This document shows, one piece after another, positions 31,662 to 41,952 of a stretch of 64,000 nucleotides of DNA (the first letter of the stretch is position 1; each line of letters starts with the position of its first letter). The notes below the pieces were generated by a model, which saw only the letters and a program-made list of their open reading frames with translations, searched no databases and was not told the origin of the DNA. The stretch lies in NCBI GenBank assembly GCA_963832655.1, contig CAWHUW010000006.1, positions 124,403-188,402 of the forward strand, in the 5' to 3' direction. The translations under genes and the position numbers were made by a program. Origin of the DNA: an uncultured Thermoleophilia bacterium. GTDB lineage: Bacteria; Actinomycetota; Thermoleophilia; UBA2241.

Positions 31662-32531
31662 CTACGCCGCGACGTGCTCCGCGGCCACGCGTCGGACCCA
31701 GGCGCGGGTCTCCTCCACCTGGTTGAAGGTGAAGAGGTGGGCGCCGGCGATGCCGAGCCCGGGCTCGTCGAGATGCGCGGCGATGGCGCCGGCCAGCGGC
31801 GTCGGGTCGTAGCGCCGCGAGCGTGAGAGCCTGAGCACCTCGCGGCGGTGCATGCGCAGGTAGCGCAACGACGCGCCGACGCCGGTCTTGAGCGAGATCT
31901 CCGCCAACTTGCCGCGCTCGACGGCGCCCGGCAGCCCGACGGTGACCGGCAGCTCGATGCCGGCGTCGCGCAGAGAGCGGATCCATCGCACGAGGGCGCC
32001 GGCGTCGAAGCAGAGCTGGGTGACGATGTGGTCGGCGTGCGGCTGCTTGCGGCGCAGCGCCTCGAGCAGCCGCTCGTCGGCGATGAGCGGGTGACCTTCC
32101 GGGTAGCCGCCGATGCCGATGCGCGCGAACGGGTGGTCGAGGTCCGCAAGCTCATCGAGCAGGTCGGCCGCGGCGGAGTAGCGGCCGGCGGGCGGCGACG
32201 CGTCTCCGCCGATGACGAACGCTTCCGTGACGCCGGCGGCGGCGCACCGCCCGACGATCTCCTCGAGCTCGCCGCGCCCTTCGATCATTCGCGCGGCCAG
32301 ATGAGGGACGACCTCGTACCCGCGCCACGCCAGAGCCTCGGCGACGTCGACCGTTCTCCCGATGCCGTGTGCCGGCGAGGCCGTCACCGTCACGGTGCTG
32401 CCGAGGGGAAGCGCGACGACCTTCTCCTCGATCCCGCGGACCGGGATGACCTCGTAGCGCGGCCGTGAGAGCAGCCGCGCGAGAGCGGGCTGCACATCGA
32501 TGCTCCTGTCGCGGACGGTTGCCAAGGTCAC
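31662..32531 (-). CDS. methylenetetrahydrofolate reductase-family protein
   Basis: YEVIPVRG...TVTASPAHG...AFVIGGD...IGIGGYPEGHP...IVTQLCFD follows the MetF-like TIM-barrel pattern. Confidence 0.75.
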   Translation of the reverse strand: MTLATVRDRSIDVQPALARLLSRPRYEVIPVRGIEEKVVALPLGSTVTVTASPAHGIGRTVDVAEALAWRGYEVVPHLAARMIEGRGELEEIVGRCAAAGVTEAFVIGGDASPPAGRYSAAADLLDELADLDHPFARIGIGGYPEGHPLIADERLLEALRRKQPHADHIVTQLCFDAGALVRWIRSLRDAGIELPVTVGLPGAVERGKLAEISLKTGVGASLRYLRMHRREVLRLSRSRRYDPTPLAGAIAAHLDEPGLGIAGAHLFTFNQVEETRAWVRRVAAEHVAA

Positions 32532-32630
32532 TCCCCGGGTGAAAGCGGATGATTCCTGTCCTGCTTATACCCATGGGGGCGCCCGACGGCGCGCCGAGCG
32601 TCGGAGGGATGCGTGGCGCAGCTGCCAGAC

Positions 32631-32678
32631 GCGGGCGCGGGCGGGGGCCGGCTGAAGCCGGCCCCCGCCCGCGCCCGC
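32631..32678. terminator. perfect 22-bp-stem hairpin between the MttB-like gene and the MTHFR gene
   Basis: gcgggcgcgggcgggggccggc tgaa gccggcccccgcccgcgcccgc. There is no U-tract on either strand. Confidence 0.5.
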
Positions 32679-32684
32679 AGTCGA

Positions 32685-34118
32685 TCAGGCCTGCACAGCG
32701 GCCGCGGCCGCGGCCACGCAGGCCTCGAGCTCGGCGAGCTGGGCGGCGTCGAGCAGCGGCCCGCGCTCGTCGGCGGCGGCGAGGATCTCGAGCACGCGGT
32801 CGCTCGCGACCGCGAGCTCGTCCTTGCCCGCCGCCGCCCAGTGCTCGTACGACTGACGGTCGGAGACGGTCGGCGAGAAGATCTCGCCGGCGCGCAGCCG
32901 GCGGCTCGTGTCCTTCTCGAGCAGGTAGTCCGCGGCGAAGCCCATGCGCTTCATCATCTCGATGAGGAGGGTCTCCTCCGAGACCTCGGGGCCGGCGAGG
33001 AGATGCAGGATCATGCCGCGCCATCTCGTCGTCGATGACGATCTGCGGCAGCGAAGCCAGGTTGGCGGCGTGCAGCATGCCGATGCCCGTCATGAGGTCG
33101 GCGCGCGTCGCCGTGACCGCGAACCCCTTGAGCATCTTCTCGTAGGCGGCCTGGATGCCGGGGTGCTTGGCGTCGGTGGACTGACCGGGCGCCATGCAGG
33201 CGAGACCGAGGCGAGTGGCCGACCTCGACGCAGACCGCGGAGGCGAGCGCCGCCTCCGGGGCGGCGAACGCGAAGGTGGTCTGCTTCATGTCGAGGAGGC
33301 CGGGCGCGGCGCCCAGGATCAGCGGCGCGCCGGGGGCGCGCAGCTGCATCGCGGTCGCCGCGCCGAAGAACTCGGCGATGTTCATGGTCGCGGTCGCGGC
33401 AACGGTGAGCGGCGCCGTGCCGCCGGTGATCGGCATCGGGAGGACCAGCACCGGGACGCCCAGCGCCGCCAGGTCGGTGAGACGAATCGAGCAGCTCGCT
33501 GTGCGCTGAGAGCGGCGAGGCGGTGCAGCAGACGACGCTCACGCGCGGGCGCTCGCGGACGCTGCCGCCGGCGACCTCGGCCATGCGCACGAGCAGCTCG
33601 ACCTGCGCACGGCTCTCGATCTCGTGCTGGATGTGCTTGCTCGTGCACGCCAGCATGAGGGCGAGCTCCTCGAGGGTGCGCCGCTCGGGGGCGAGGTCGC
33701 CGGGCGAGACGAGCGCCCAGATGATGCTCGCCGTCGGCGTCGCGTCGAGCACCGTGGTGGCCTCGCGAAGGTCGGCGGCGACGCCCTCGCGTCGCTCTCC
33801 CGTGCGGAAGTCGAGGATCGTCGTCGGCGTGCCGGAGTTGAGGAAGTGCGGCACGCCCTCCTGGAGCACGCAGTCGTCCTCGGGCGTGGCGCCGCCGAGC
33901 ACGATCTCGCGCGGGCACTGCGCGATCGCGCGCTCGACCATCTCGCGCGGGATGCGCGCGACGCCCGCCGCGCGGTCGACCTTGGCCCCCGCCTCGCCCA
34001 GCGCCTCGAGCGCGTCGCCGGCGCCGAAGCGCATGCCGACGACCTCGAGCAGCTCCATCGCACCGTCGACGATGCGCTTGCGCTCCTCGGCAGACGTGAA
34101 CTCGACGGTCGTCCTCAC
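32685..34118 (-). pseudogene. MttB-superfamily (trimethylamine/quaternary-amine) methyltransferase, at least 3 frame changes
   Basis: The gene reads in four frames. First is TTVEFTSAEERKRIVDGAMELLEVVGMRF...VVCCTASPL. Second is VLPMPITGGTAPLTVAATATMNIAEFFGAA. Third is MAPGQSTDAKHPGIQAAYEKMLKGF...QIVIDDEMA. Last is ILHLLAGPEVSEETLLIEMMKRMGF. The GTG start overlaps the S9 stop in a GTGA junction. Confidence 0.75.
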
Positions 34119-36086
34119 GGCTGCCGTCCTTCCTTCAGGTAGCGGTCGAACCATTCCAGCACGATGTTGAAGCGCTGCACCCGGTGGACGGGGTTGCCGG
34201 ACCGCGTCAGCTCGTGCGACTCGGCCGGGAAGCGGACCATCTCGACCGGGCGCTTGAGCAGGCGCAGGGTCACGAAGAGGTGCTCGCCCTGCTCGATCGG
34301 GCAGCGCAGGTCGTTCTCGGAGTGCAGGATCAGGAGCGGCGTGTGGATGTTCTCGGCGTAGGTCGCGGGAGACAGGCGCATGTAGCCGTCGGGGTCCTCG
34401 TGGAGGAACGTGCCCATGTAGCCCTTCATGTCCCAGCCGAAGTCGCTCGAGCCCCACTCCGAGACGAACTGGTTGACGGAGCGCTCCGACACCGCTGCCT
34501 TGAAGCGGTCGGTGTGGCCGACGATCCACGAGGTCATGTAGCCGCCGTACGAGCCGCCGATCACGCCGAGTCGCTCGCCGTCGACGAAGTCGAACCGGCG
34601 ACGGCCTCCTCGATCGCCGCCATGCAGTCCTCGTAGTCGACAGAGCCCCAGCCCGGGCCCGGGGTCGCCGGGGTCGCCGGATCCGGAGCCCCTGATCGCC
34701 CGCGCCCACTGCTCGCCCGAGCCGGAGGACCCCCGCGGGTTGCAGAAGACCACCGCGTATCCGCGCGCCCGCGTACACCTGGAACTCGTCGAAGAAGCCG
34801 ATCTCGTACTGCCCATACGGCCCGCCGTGGATGTTGAGCAGCGTCGGGTACGCACGTCCCGGCTCGAAGCCGGCCGGCTTCATGATCCACGCGTCGACTG
34901 CACTGCCGTCGGCGGATACCGCGGTGAAGCGCTCGACCGGCGAAAGCTCGCGCGCGGCGGCGAAAGCGTCGCCGACGCTCGTAAGACGGCGCTCGTCCAC
35001 GAAGAGCTCGCTCGAGCGCCGTCGCCTCGCTCGCCGTGAAGACCAGCCGCCCGCCCGCGAGGTCGAACCCCGTGACGACGCGCTCGCCGCCGACGACGGG
35101 TCCGGGCGCCCCCGAACCGTCCGCGGCGACGCGGTACAGGTGCGTCCTGCCGCGGTCCTCGACCGTGAACACGAGGTCGTCGCCGTCCCAGATTGGCTCG
35201 CGCGACGGCGGGTACGGCTCGCAGTTGCGATCGAGGGACTCGGTCAGCAGGCGCACGTCGCCGCTCGCGGCGTCGACCACGGCGATCTGCACGTGCCTCG
35301 GGTCGTCGTGGACGCCTGGGCAGCCGCGTCGCGGCAAGGCGGGCGCCGTCGGGCGCCCACGAGACGCGCCCGAACGAGCCGCCGCCCTGGGTGAGGCGGC
35401 GCGGCTCGCCGCCGACGGCCTCGACCAGGTAGATGTCGTTGGCCATCTCGAGGTCCCAGTCGGGGTGCCGGGCCGAGACGAACGCCAAGGTCGCTCCGTC
35501 CGGCGACCACGCCGGCGCAGAGTCCTCGAAGTCGCCGGCGGTGAGCTGGACCGGCTCGCTCGGAGCCGTCCGCCCGCACGGTGAAGAGGTGCTGCGGGCG
35601 GTCGGCCGTCCAGCCGACGTCGTCGAGCTTGTACTGCAGTCGCGTGAAGCGACGCGGCGACCGGCGCTTGTCGTCCTTCTCGTCGTACGCCGGATCGGGC
35701 ACGCGGGCGACGAAGGCAAGACGCGTGCCGTCCGGCGACCACACCGGCTGCGTCACGTCCTCCTTGAGCGCCGTGAGCTTGCGCGCCTCGCCGCCGGCGA
35801 CCGGCACGACGTAGAGCTGCATCGTGTCGCCGTCGCGGTTCGAGGTGAAGGCGAGCGCCGAGCCGTCCGGCGACCATCGCGGCTCGGCGTCGCTCTTCGC
35901 GCCGCTCGTGAACTGCCGCGGCTCAGTCTGCCCGTCGAGCGCCGCCAGCCAGATGGCGCCCCGGTAGCGGTTCGCCTTCTCGTCGACGCCGATGACGACG
36001 TAGACGACCGTCGCGCCGTCGGGCGACACGCGCGGGTCGGTGACCCCGGTCAGCTCGTAGACGTCTTCAGGGACCATCCCCGCCAT
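34115..36086 (-). pseudogene. S9-family serine peptidase (beta-propeller plus alpha/beta hydrolase), at least 5 frame changes
   Basis: Propeller repeats (PRWSPDGSALAF, PVWSPDGTRLAF, PAWSPDGATLAF) and the catalytic domain (GGSYGGYMT, PLLILHSENDLRCP, ESHEL) are spread over ORFs 35244..36098, 34880..35719, 34561..35877, 33090..35000 and 34115..34855. Confidence 0.8.
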
Positions 36087-36119
36087 GGAAGCCTCCAACG
36101 TGGTTCTCTGATGTGACGG

Positions 36120-37552
36120 TCAGCGCGCGATCGCGAGCACGAAGACATCGGTGTCGACGCCGGGGACGTGGTCCACCGACTGGCCGCCGACGATGAAGGC
36201 GTACGCGCCGGCGATCGCCACGTCCTGAGCCATGTCGTCGCCGGCGTCCACCTCCCGCCAGGGGCCGATCGGGTACCTGGCCGGGTCCGGGAACACCGTG
36301 GTCCACAGCGTCGTCCCTGCCGCCCCGTACTTCAGAGCGACGGCGTCCGTGTCGCCGTCCGTCCCCGTGCGCCATCCACTGACATAGGCGCGGCCCGTCC
36401 GCATCGACCGCGATCGCGGTCCCGATGTCCGTCGTCCTGCCGCTGGTCGAGTAACCCGCCTGCCACGAGCGCGTGCCGTCGATCGCATACATCCCCGTCA
36501 CGATGTCGTATCCGGTCGCGGTCCGCTTGTGGTAGCCGGTCACGTGCGCCCTTCCCCTGGCGTCCACGGCGACGTCCGACCAGGCGTCGCTCCCTCCGGC
36601 GTTGCCTGCCGCCCACTTCGCCCACGCGAACCGGCCGTCGTTCAGGTACTTGACCAGCAGGGCGTCGCCCGGCTTGGTCGCCGTCGCCTTGCCACTGCCG
36701 CAGACGTAGACGGCGCCCGCGTTCGCGGCGATGCCCTCGACGGATTCGTGGCGATGGCAGCGGATCGTCGAAGTAGCGCACCCAGCGGCGGTCGCCGCCG
36801 GTGGTGTACTTGAGCAGCACGAGGTCGTCGCCGTGGCCGCTGCGGTTGCTGAGGCCGGCCACGTACACGGAGGAGCCGTAGACGGCGATCGCCAGCCCAC
36901 GGTCGAAGCGCGTCGTCGAGTTGTTGTGGGTCAGCTTCCAGTCCACCGTCCCGTCGGGAAGGAACTTGACGGTGACGACGTCCATGGTGCCGTCAGCCCT
37001 CTCCATGCCGCCCGTCACGTAGACGTTGCCGGCCTTGTCCCTGGCGACCGCCTCCGCTTCGTCGTCCCGGCCGACGGCCGCGCTCGCCGTCTTCGCCCAG
37101 ACGATGTCGCCGGGGAGCCAGCCTCCCAGCCCGTCGGCGACCTTGAGCAGCACGATGTCGTTGCCCGTGGTCACTCCCTGGGTCGTGCCGGCCACATAGG
37201 CGCACTGGGTCGCGTCGTCAACGACCACGCCGGCAGCCCTGTCGTCGGAGGCGGGGTTGTCCGGGTTGTCCCAGTAGTTCTCGACCGAGGTCCAACGCCA
37301 GACGCCGAGCGTGGTCCAGCTGGCGATGCGCATGTCGAGGTCGCCGGCGGGCGCGGTGATGGCGCTGCCGACGACGATCGGCCGGCCCGCCGCATCGGTG
37401 GCCACGGCCACCGCCGACTCGTCGCCCGCCCCTCCCGTGCTGAACACGGAGCCGAACCACGCGTGGTCGCCGGACCTGGCCGCGGCCACGGGGGCGCCGA
37501 TCAGCAGCACGAGCGCAACGGCCAGCAAGGCCGTGAGGGTGAACGGTCTCAT
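36120..37552 (-). pseudogene. secreted beta-propeller (SBBP-like repeat) protein, about 2 frame changes
   Basis: Signal peptide MRPFTLTALLAVALVLLIGAPVAAA. Repeated units of the form D.A.AVA.D..G..YV.G......D...LKY are split across three frames (ORFs 36332..38056, 36067..36900 and 36120..36488). Confidence 0.65.
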
Positions 37553-37713
37553 GGGTGCCCCCTCTATCTCGACGGCCGAAGCAGAGCGGCGACGGCCTCC
37601 TGCGGAGATGGTAGCACTCGCGGGTCTCGCCGAGGAAGGCAGGCCGCACGCGGCGTAAGCCGGCCGGGCGACGTCACGCGGACCGCGGGACGCCGTGGGC
37701 CGGGCGGCCTGGC

Positions 37714-38655
37714 TCAGACCGGCTCCGGCTCCTCCCCGAGCCACTCCGGGTGCTCGGCCGTGCCGTCGAAGTGCGACGTCGTCTTGAAAGGCTCGAACCT
37801 GCCCCCAGCCGCGACCTTCGCCGTCTTCGCCAGCAACGCGGCCCGCCGTTCCGCGGTGAGGGGCCGGAACGTGCGCGCCGCCTCGAGCGCCTGGTCGAGG
37901 ATCGCGAGGCTGTCGATGCCGGTGATCACCGTCGACGTCGGCAAGTCGAGCGCGTAGTGCAGGCACTCGGTCGGTGTCACTGTGCCGGTCTTGAGCAGGT
38001 AGCCCTCGGCCATGCTCTTCATGCCGAGGACGCCGATGCCGTGGTCCACGAGACACGGAAGTACCTGGCGACCGAAGCTGCGGTAGTGGGCGTCGAGCAG
38101 ATTGAGGGGCATCTGCACGGCGTCGAACGCGAATCCGCGCTCGGCCGCGACCTCGAGGGTGTCGAGGTGGACGCGCGGGTCCTTGTGGCCGGTGAAGCCG
38201 ATGAAGCGCAGCTTGCCGGCTTCGCGGGCCTCGACCAGCGCCTCGTTGGCGCCCCCCTCGCGGAAGATGCGGTGCGGGTCCTCGAAGCGGATCACCTCGT
38301 GGTGCTGGACCAGGTCGATGTGGTCGACCTGAAGGCGGCGAAGCGACTCGTCGAGCTGCTTCGCCGCCTCCGCCTTGGAGCGCCCGTCGATCTTCGTCAT
38401 GAGGAAGGCCCGGTCGCGGTAGCCGTCGCGCAGCGCCTTGCCCATGCGGACCTCGCTGAGACCGTCGTTGTAGTCCCAGCAGTTGTCCATGAAGGTGATG
38501 CCGCGGTCGATGGCCTCGCGGACGATGCGGATCGCGAGGGCTTCGTCGACCTCGGGCATACCGAGGTGGAAGCCGCCGACGCCGATCGCCGAGACCGTCT
38601 CGCCCGTCGTCCCCAGGGCGCGGTAGATCATGTCCGGATGCTCGCTCCTCGCCAT
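37714..38655 (-). CDS. aldo/keto reductase
   Basis: MIYRALGTTGETVSAIGVGGFHLG...GITFMDNCWDYNDG...VDHIDLVQHHE...IGFTGH. Confidence 0.88.
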   Translation of the reverse strand: MARSEHPDMIYRALGTTGETVSAIGVGGFHLGMPEVDEALAIRIVREAIDRGITFMDNCWDYNDGLSEVRMGKALRDGYRDRAFLMTKIDGRSKAEAAKQLDESLRRLQVDHIDLVQHHEVIRFEDPHRIFREGGANEALVEAREAGKLRFIGFTGHKDPRVHLDTLEVAAERGFAFDAVQMPLNLLDAHYRSFGRQVLPCLVDHGIGVLGMKSMAEGYLLKTGTVTPTECLHYALDLPTSTVITGIDSLAILDQALEAARTFRPLTAERRAALLAKTAKVAAGGRFEPFKTTSHFDGTAEHPEWLGEEPEPV

Positions 38656-38743
38656 GCCGTCCTCCCGCTCGGCCGTGTCCCGCTGCACACAGTCTCGCGC
38701 TCCCGCCCTCCTCTCGGCAAGTGGGGACCGATGTCGTGGGGGG

Positions 38744-39004
38744 TCAGGCGACGAACCTCCCGGCGTCCGGCTCGAAACGCCGTACCTCGTGCACTGCGTC
38801 GACGGGGACCTGGAACGACTCCAGGACACCGGCGATAGCAGCCGCGTCGGGCGCTTCCCAGTCGCAGTACGTGACGCCCTCACTCGTCCCACACCACGTG
38901 CCGAGCCAGGTGACGCCCGCGGGCATCTCTCCCCTCCTCTGTGCGAGACCAGCGAGGTCCTCCTCCTTGAACGATCCGGGGTGAACGGCGATGAAGCGTG
39001 GCAT
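38744..39004 (-). CDS. DUF4242-like small protein
   Basis: 86 aa. MPRFIAVHPG...GVTWLGTWC...YCDWEAPDAAAI is recalled as the DUF4242 pattern. Confidence 0.5.
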   Translation of the reverse strand: MPRFIAVHPGSFKEEDLAGLAQRRGEMPAGVTWLGTWCGTSEGVTYCDWEAPDAAAIAGVLESFQVPVDAVHEVRRFEPDAGRFVA

Positions 39005-39195
39005 GACTCCCTCCCTGACGTGTCCGGCAGGACTCGCGACGTCCCCAGGTACCGTCGAGGACCCCGCTCTCCACAGAGACGTTGTACCACCGCGGCTGCC
39101 CCACGCCGCCGTTTGGTCCGTTCAGACCGAGGAGTCGCCTGACGCGAGACCCACGCCGCTTCAAGCACGCCCTCCTCATCGATATACTCACGCAC

Positions 39196-40504
39196 ATGTC
39201 CGGCGCCGCCGAAGCGCTGCTGCCCCTGGTCCGCCACCTGTGCCGTGGTGACCCACCCCTGCGCATGCGCTTCTGGGACGGCAGCGAGCTCGGGCCCAGC
39301 GCCGACGCGGCCGGCCGCGACCCGGCCAAGGGCAACGGCGCGACCGTCCTGTTCTCCTCGCCGAACGCCGTGCGGCGTGTCCTGTGGATGCCGAACGAAC
39401 TCGGTCTGGCTCGCGCCTACGTCGCCGGCGAGATCGATGTCCAGGGTGACATCTACTCGCTCTTCAGGTTGCAGGCGCTCCTCTCGCCCGCCGACCGGCC
39501 CAGCGGCTGGAGGGCGCGCCTGGAGGGCGGGCGGCGGCTGCTCGCGGCCGCGCGCGCCACGGGCGCGCTGGGCCGCCCTCTCGAGCCGCCGCCCGAGGAG
39601 GCGCGCCTGCACGGGGCCCGACACTCGCGCGCCCGTGACGCCCAAACCATCGCCCACCACTACGACGTGTCCAACGACTTCTACCGCCTCGTCCTGGGTG
39701 AGACGATGACCTACTCGTGCGCCTACTTCGCCACGCCGGAGACGCTGCTGGCCGAGGCTCAGCGGGCCAAATACGACTTGATCTGCCGCAAGCTCGGCCT
39801 GCGGCCCGGGATGCGGCTCCTCGATGTCGGCTGCGGCTGGGGCGGCATGGCCATGCACGCCGCCGAGCACTACGGCGTGCAGGCAGTCGGCGTGACGCTG
39901 TCGCGGCGCCAGGTCGAGTACGCGCGCGACGCGGTCGCGGTCGCGGGCCTCGGCGACCGCGTCGACGTCCGCCTCCAGGACTACCGCGACGTGGCCGACG
40001 GCCCCTTCGACGCGATCTCGAGCATCGGGATGTTCGAACACGTCGGGCGCGTCGCGCCTCGGCGAGTACTTCGGCCGCCTGCACGCGCTGCTGAGCCCCG
40101 GCGGCCGGCTGCTGAACCACGGCATCTGCCGGCCGCGCGGCAGCCGCGGCCTGTCGCGCGCCTCGTTCGCCGGCCGCTACGTGTTCCCGGACGGTGAGCT
40201 GCACGAGGTCGGCATCGTCGCCCAGGCGATGGCGGGGCGCAGCTTCGAAGTGCGCGACACGCAGTCGCTGCGCGAGCACTACGCACTCACGCTGCGCCAC
40301 TGGGTACGGAACCTCGAGGAGGACTGGGATGAAGCGGTCCGCATCGCGGGCGGCGGGCGAGCGCGGGTGTGGCGCCTCTACATGGCCGGGTCGGCGGAGA
40401 ACTTCACCCGCGGCAGGACCACGGTCCACCAGGTGCTCGCCGTGCGCCCCCGCGCGGACGGCGCCTCGGACATGCCGTTGACGCGCGAAGCCCTGCTGGG
40501 CTAG
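39196..40504 (+). pseudogene. cyclopropane-fatty-acyl-phospholipid synthase-family SAM methyltransferase, one frame change near 40050
   Basis: HYDVSNDFYRLVLGETMTYSCAYF...LLDVGCGWGGMAMHAA...SIGMFEHVG is in one frame. LGEYFGRLHALLSPGGRLLNHGI...LREHYALTLRHW... continues in another frame. Confidence 0.8.
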
Positions 40505-40961
40505 TACGGCCCCAGACTGCGCAGGCGAGACGGGGGACGGCGACCGACTGTGCTCTGTTCGTGGCGACCACGCCCATGACCAGCGTCACGGCCCCCTCGA
40601 TGACGAAGTGCAGGACCAGCGCGGAAACGACGAAGATCGTCGTGTAGCCAAACCAGCAAGCGCTGCCACCACCTTCTCGCGGACACTCCCGGCGTCCGCG
40701 CCGTCCGATCCTTGATCCGCCGTCGGCGTCGACCCATGACTCACGGTCGCAGGACGGCCCGGCCTCGCTTCCATCTTGGCGGGCGCGTCGGGTACTTGTG
40801 AAGGCTCGCTGCCCGTGAGACGGCGTCACGCAGGGCTTGGCCCTCCGGAGACTGAGGGCAGATCGGACGCGGCCGGGCGTCGGGATCGTGTGGCTCCAGG
40901 TCGGCGCGGAGGCAGTCCACGGCCTCGCGCTGGTCGTCGAGCCTTGGATACAGGAGAAGGA

Positions 40962-41007
40962 TCTGGAGGCGGCGGCCGGAGTTGAACCGGCGATGGAGGT
41001 TTTGCAG
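40962..41007. repeat. attL: displaced copy of the tRNA-Cys 3' half
   Basis: tctggaggcggcggccggagttgaaccggcgatggaggttttgcag is identical to 63803-63848. Confidence 0.9.
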
Positions 41008-41160
41008 TCGTCAGTCGGCGGTGCGCAGGAGTAGTGAGCCAGACGCGATTGTGCTGCACAGTCCAGGTTCCTGAGCGAACTGCATGCCCGCGGGTGCTCG
41101 TCAGTGAGGAACCGTGACGAGGCGTCTTGTCGGCAACGTGTCGGCAGGAATGGCGACGGA

Positions 41161-41832
41161 CTACGTGAGCACCTTCACGCCGAGCCGAACCTTCGCATAC
41201 TCATCATTCGCCTCACGCAGGCGCGAGGTCGTCTCGTCATCAGTCGTCATGCTCATGAGCATAATCGAGTAGTACGGCGAGTCGGAATAGACGGCCGAAC
41301 ACTCGTGGTCCCCGAAGCGCCGGCGGATGACCCTGAGGTGCTCGGGGAATGGCACGTAGGTGAAGTTCTGGTAAACGGTGACGACTGAACCCGGGGCCAC
41401 TCTCCCAAGAAGTGCGTTCCCTTCCTGGTAGCGAACGTGCTTCACAGTGGCTGTTCGAGGTTCGAATCCGGTGTCAGGATCGAGGAAGAGACACTGAGCG
41501 GGCTCGCTGACGATGTCCGCGAAGTACGCATTCCGATCCCTGTCCAGCATGTGCTCGTGCGATCCGTACAGCGCGACCGAATAGCTGGCAGCCATTCGCT
41601 GCGGGAGATCAGCCAGCAGCTCCGGGTCGTGCCTGCTCCTCAGCAGATCGCAGAGACCCAGGATTCTCGGGTCACCGGGGTACTTCTCGGGAGGGTAGCC
41701 GTCCGAGCCGGGGTCGTCTGGGTTCATCATCCAGACGATCTGGAGCTGCTGGTGCCCAAGCGCCTCAACCAGGAAATGCAGGTAGTCCCATTTGAAGCAG
41801 TCCTTGGCGTCTCCGAGGTACTTGCGCTGCAT
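41161..41832 (-). CDS. hypothetical protein (orphan A)
   Basis: 223-aa intact ORF with SD GAGGAGAAG and lower GC. Motifs LGDAKDCFKWDYL and LFLDPDTGFEP could not be placed in a family. Confidence 0.6.
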   Translation of the reverse strand: MQRKYLGDAKDCFKWDYLHFLVEALGHQQLQIVWMMNPDDPGSDGYPPEKYPGDPRILGLCDLLRSRHDPELLADLPQRMAASYSVALYGSHEHMLDRDRNAYFADIVSEPAQCLFLDPDTGFEPRTATVKHVRYQEGNALLGRVAPGSVVTVYQNFTYVPFPEHLRVIRRRFGDHECSAVYSDSPYYSIMLMSMTTDDETTSRLREANDEYAKVRLGVKVLT

Positions 41833-41916
41833 CAGCTCTTCTCCTCACGATCCCGGGTTTCGACGTTACGCTGATGCTCGAGCGTCGTCACATGCGGACG
41901 AGCCGCGTCAAGTCGA

Positions 41917-41939
41917 CTTGCCGGCAACCCGCCGGCAAG
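41917..41939 (-). terminator. 9-bp perfect hairpin between orphan B and orphan A
   Basis: cttgccggc aaccc gccggcaag, with no U-tract. Confidence 0.35.
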
Positions 41940-41952
41940 ACCAATACGGTGC

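Noticed and set aside
33090-35000. 636-aa ORF read as a single protein
   Set aside because: It is a chimera. The upstream part is an S9-peptidase fragment, the middle is out-of-frame, and the downstream part is the N-terminal half of the MttB-like gene. It is explained by frame changes plus the absence of stops in GC-rich DNA.
38656-40125. Upstream two-thirds of the 803-aa minus-strand ORF 37714..40125
   Set aside because: Only the last 313 codons (the aldo/keto reductase from ATG 38655) look like protein. The rest is antisense to the CFA-synthase-family gene and overlaps the DUF4242 locus.
40505-40961. Possible small membrane protein (WFGYTTIFVVSALVLHFVIEGAVTLVMGVVATN) on the minus strand just outside attL
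   Set aside because: No clean start or stop is present, since the ORF runs 100 nt into the convergent CFA-synthase gene. There is no SD and no family recognised. It may be a remnant, but I cannot support calling it.
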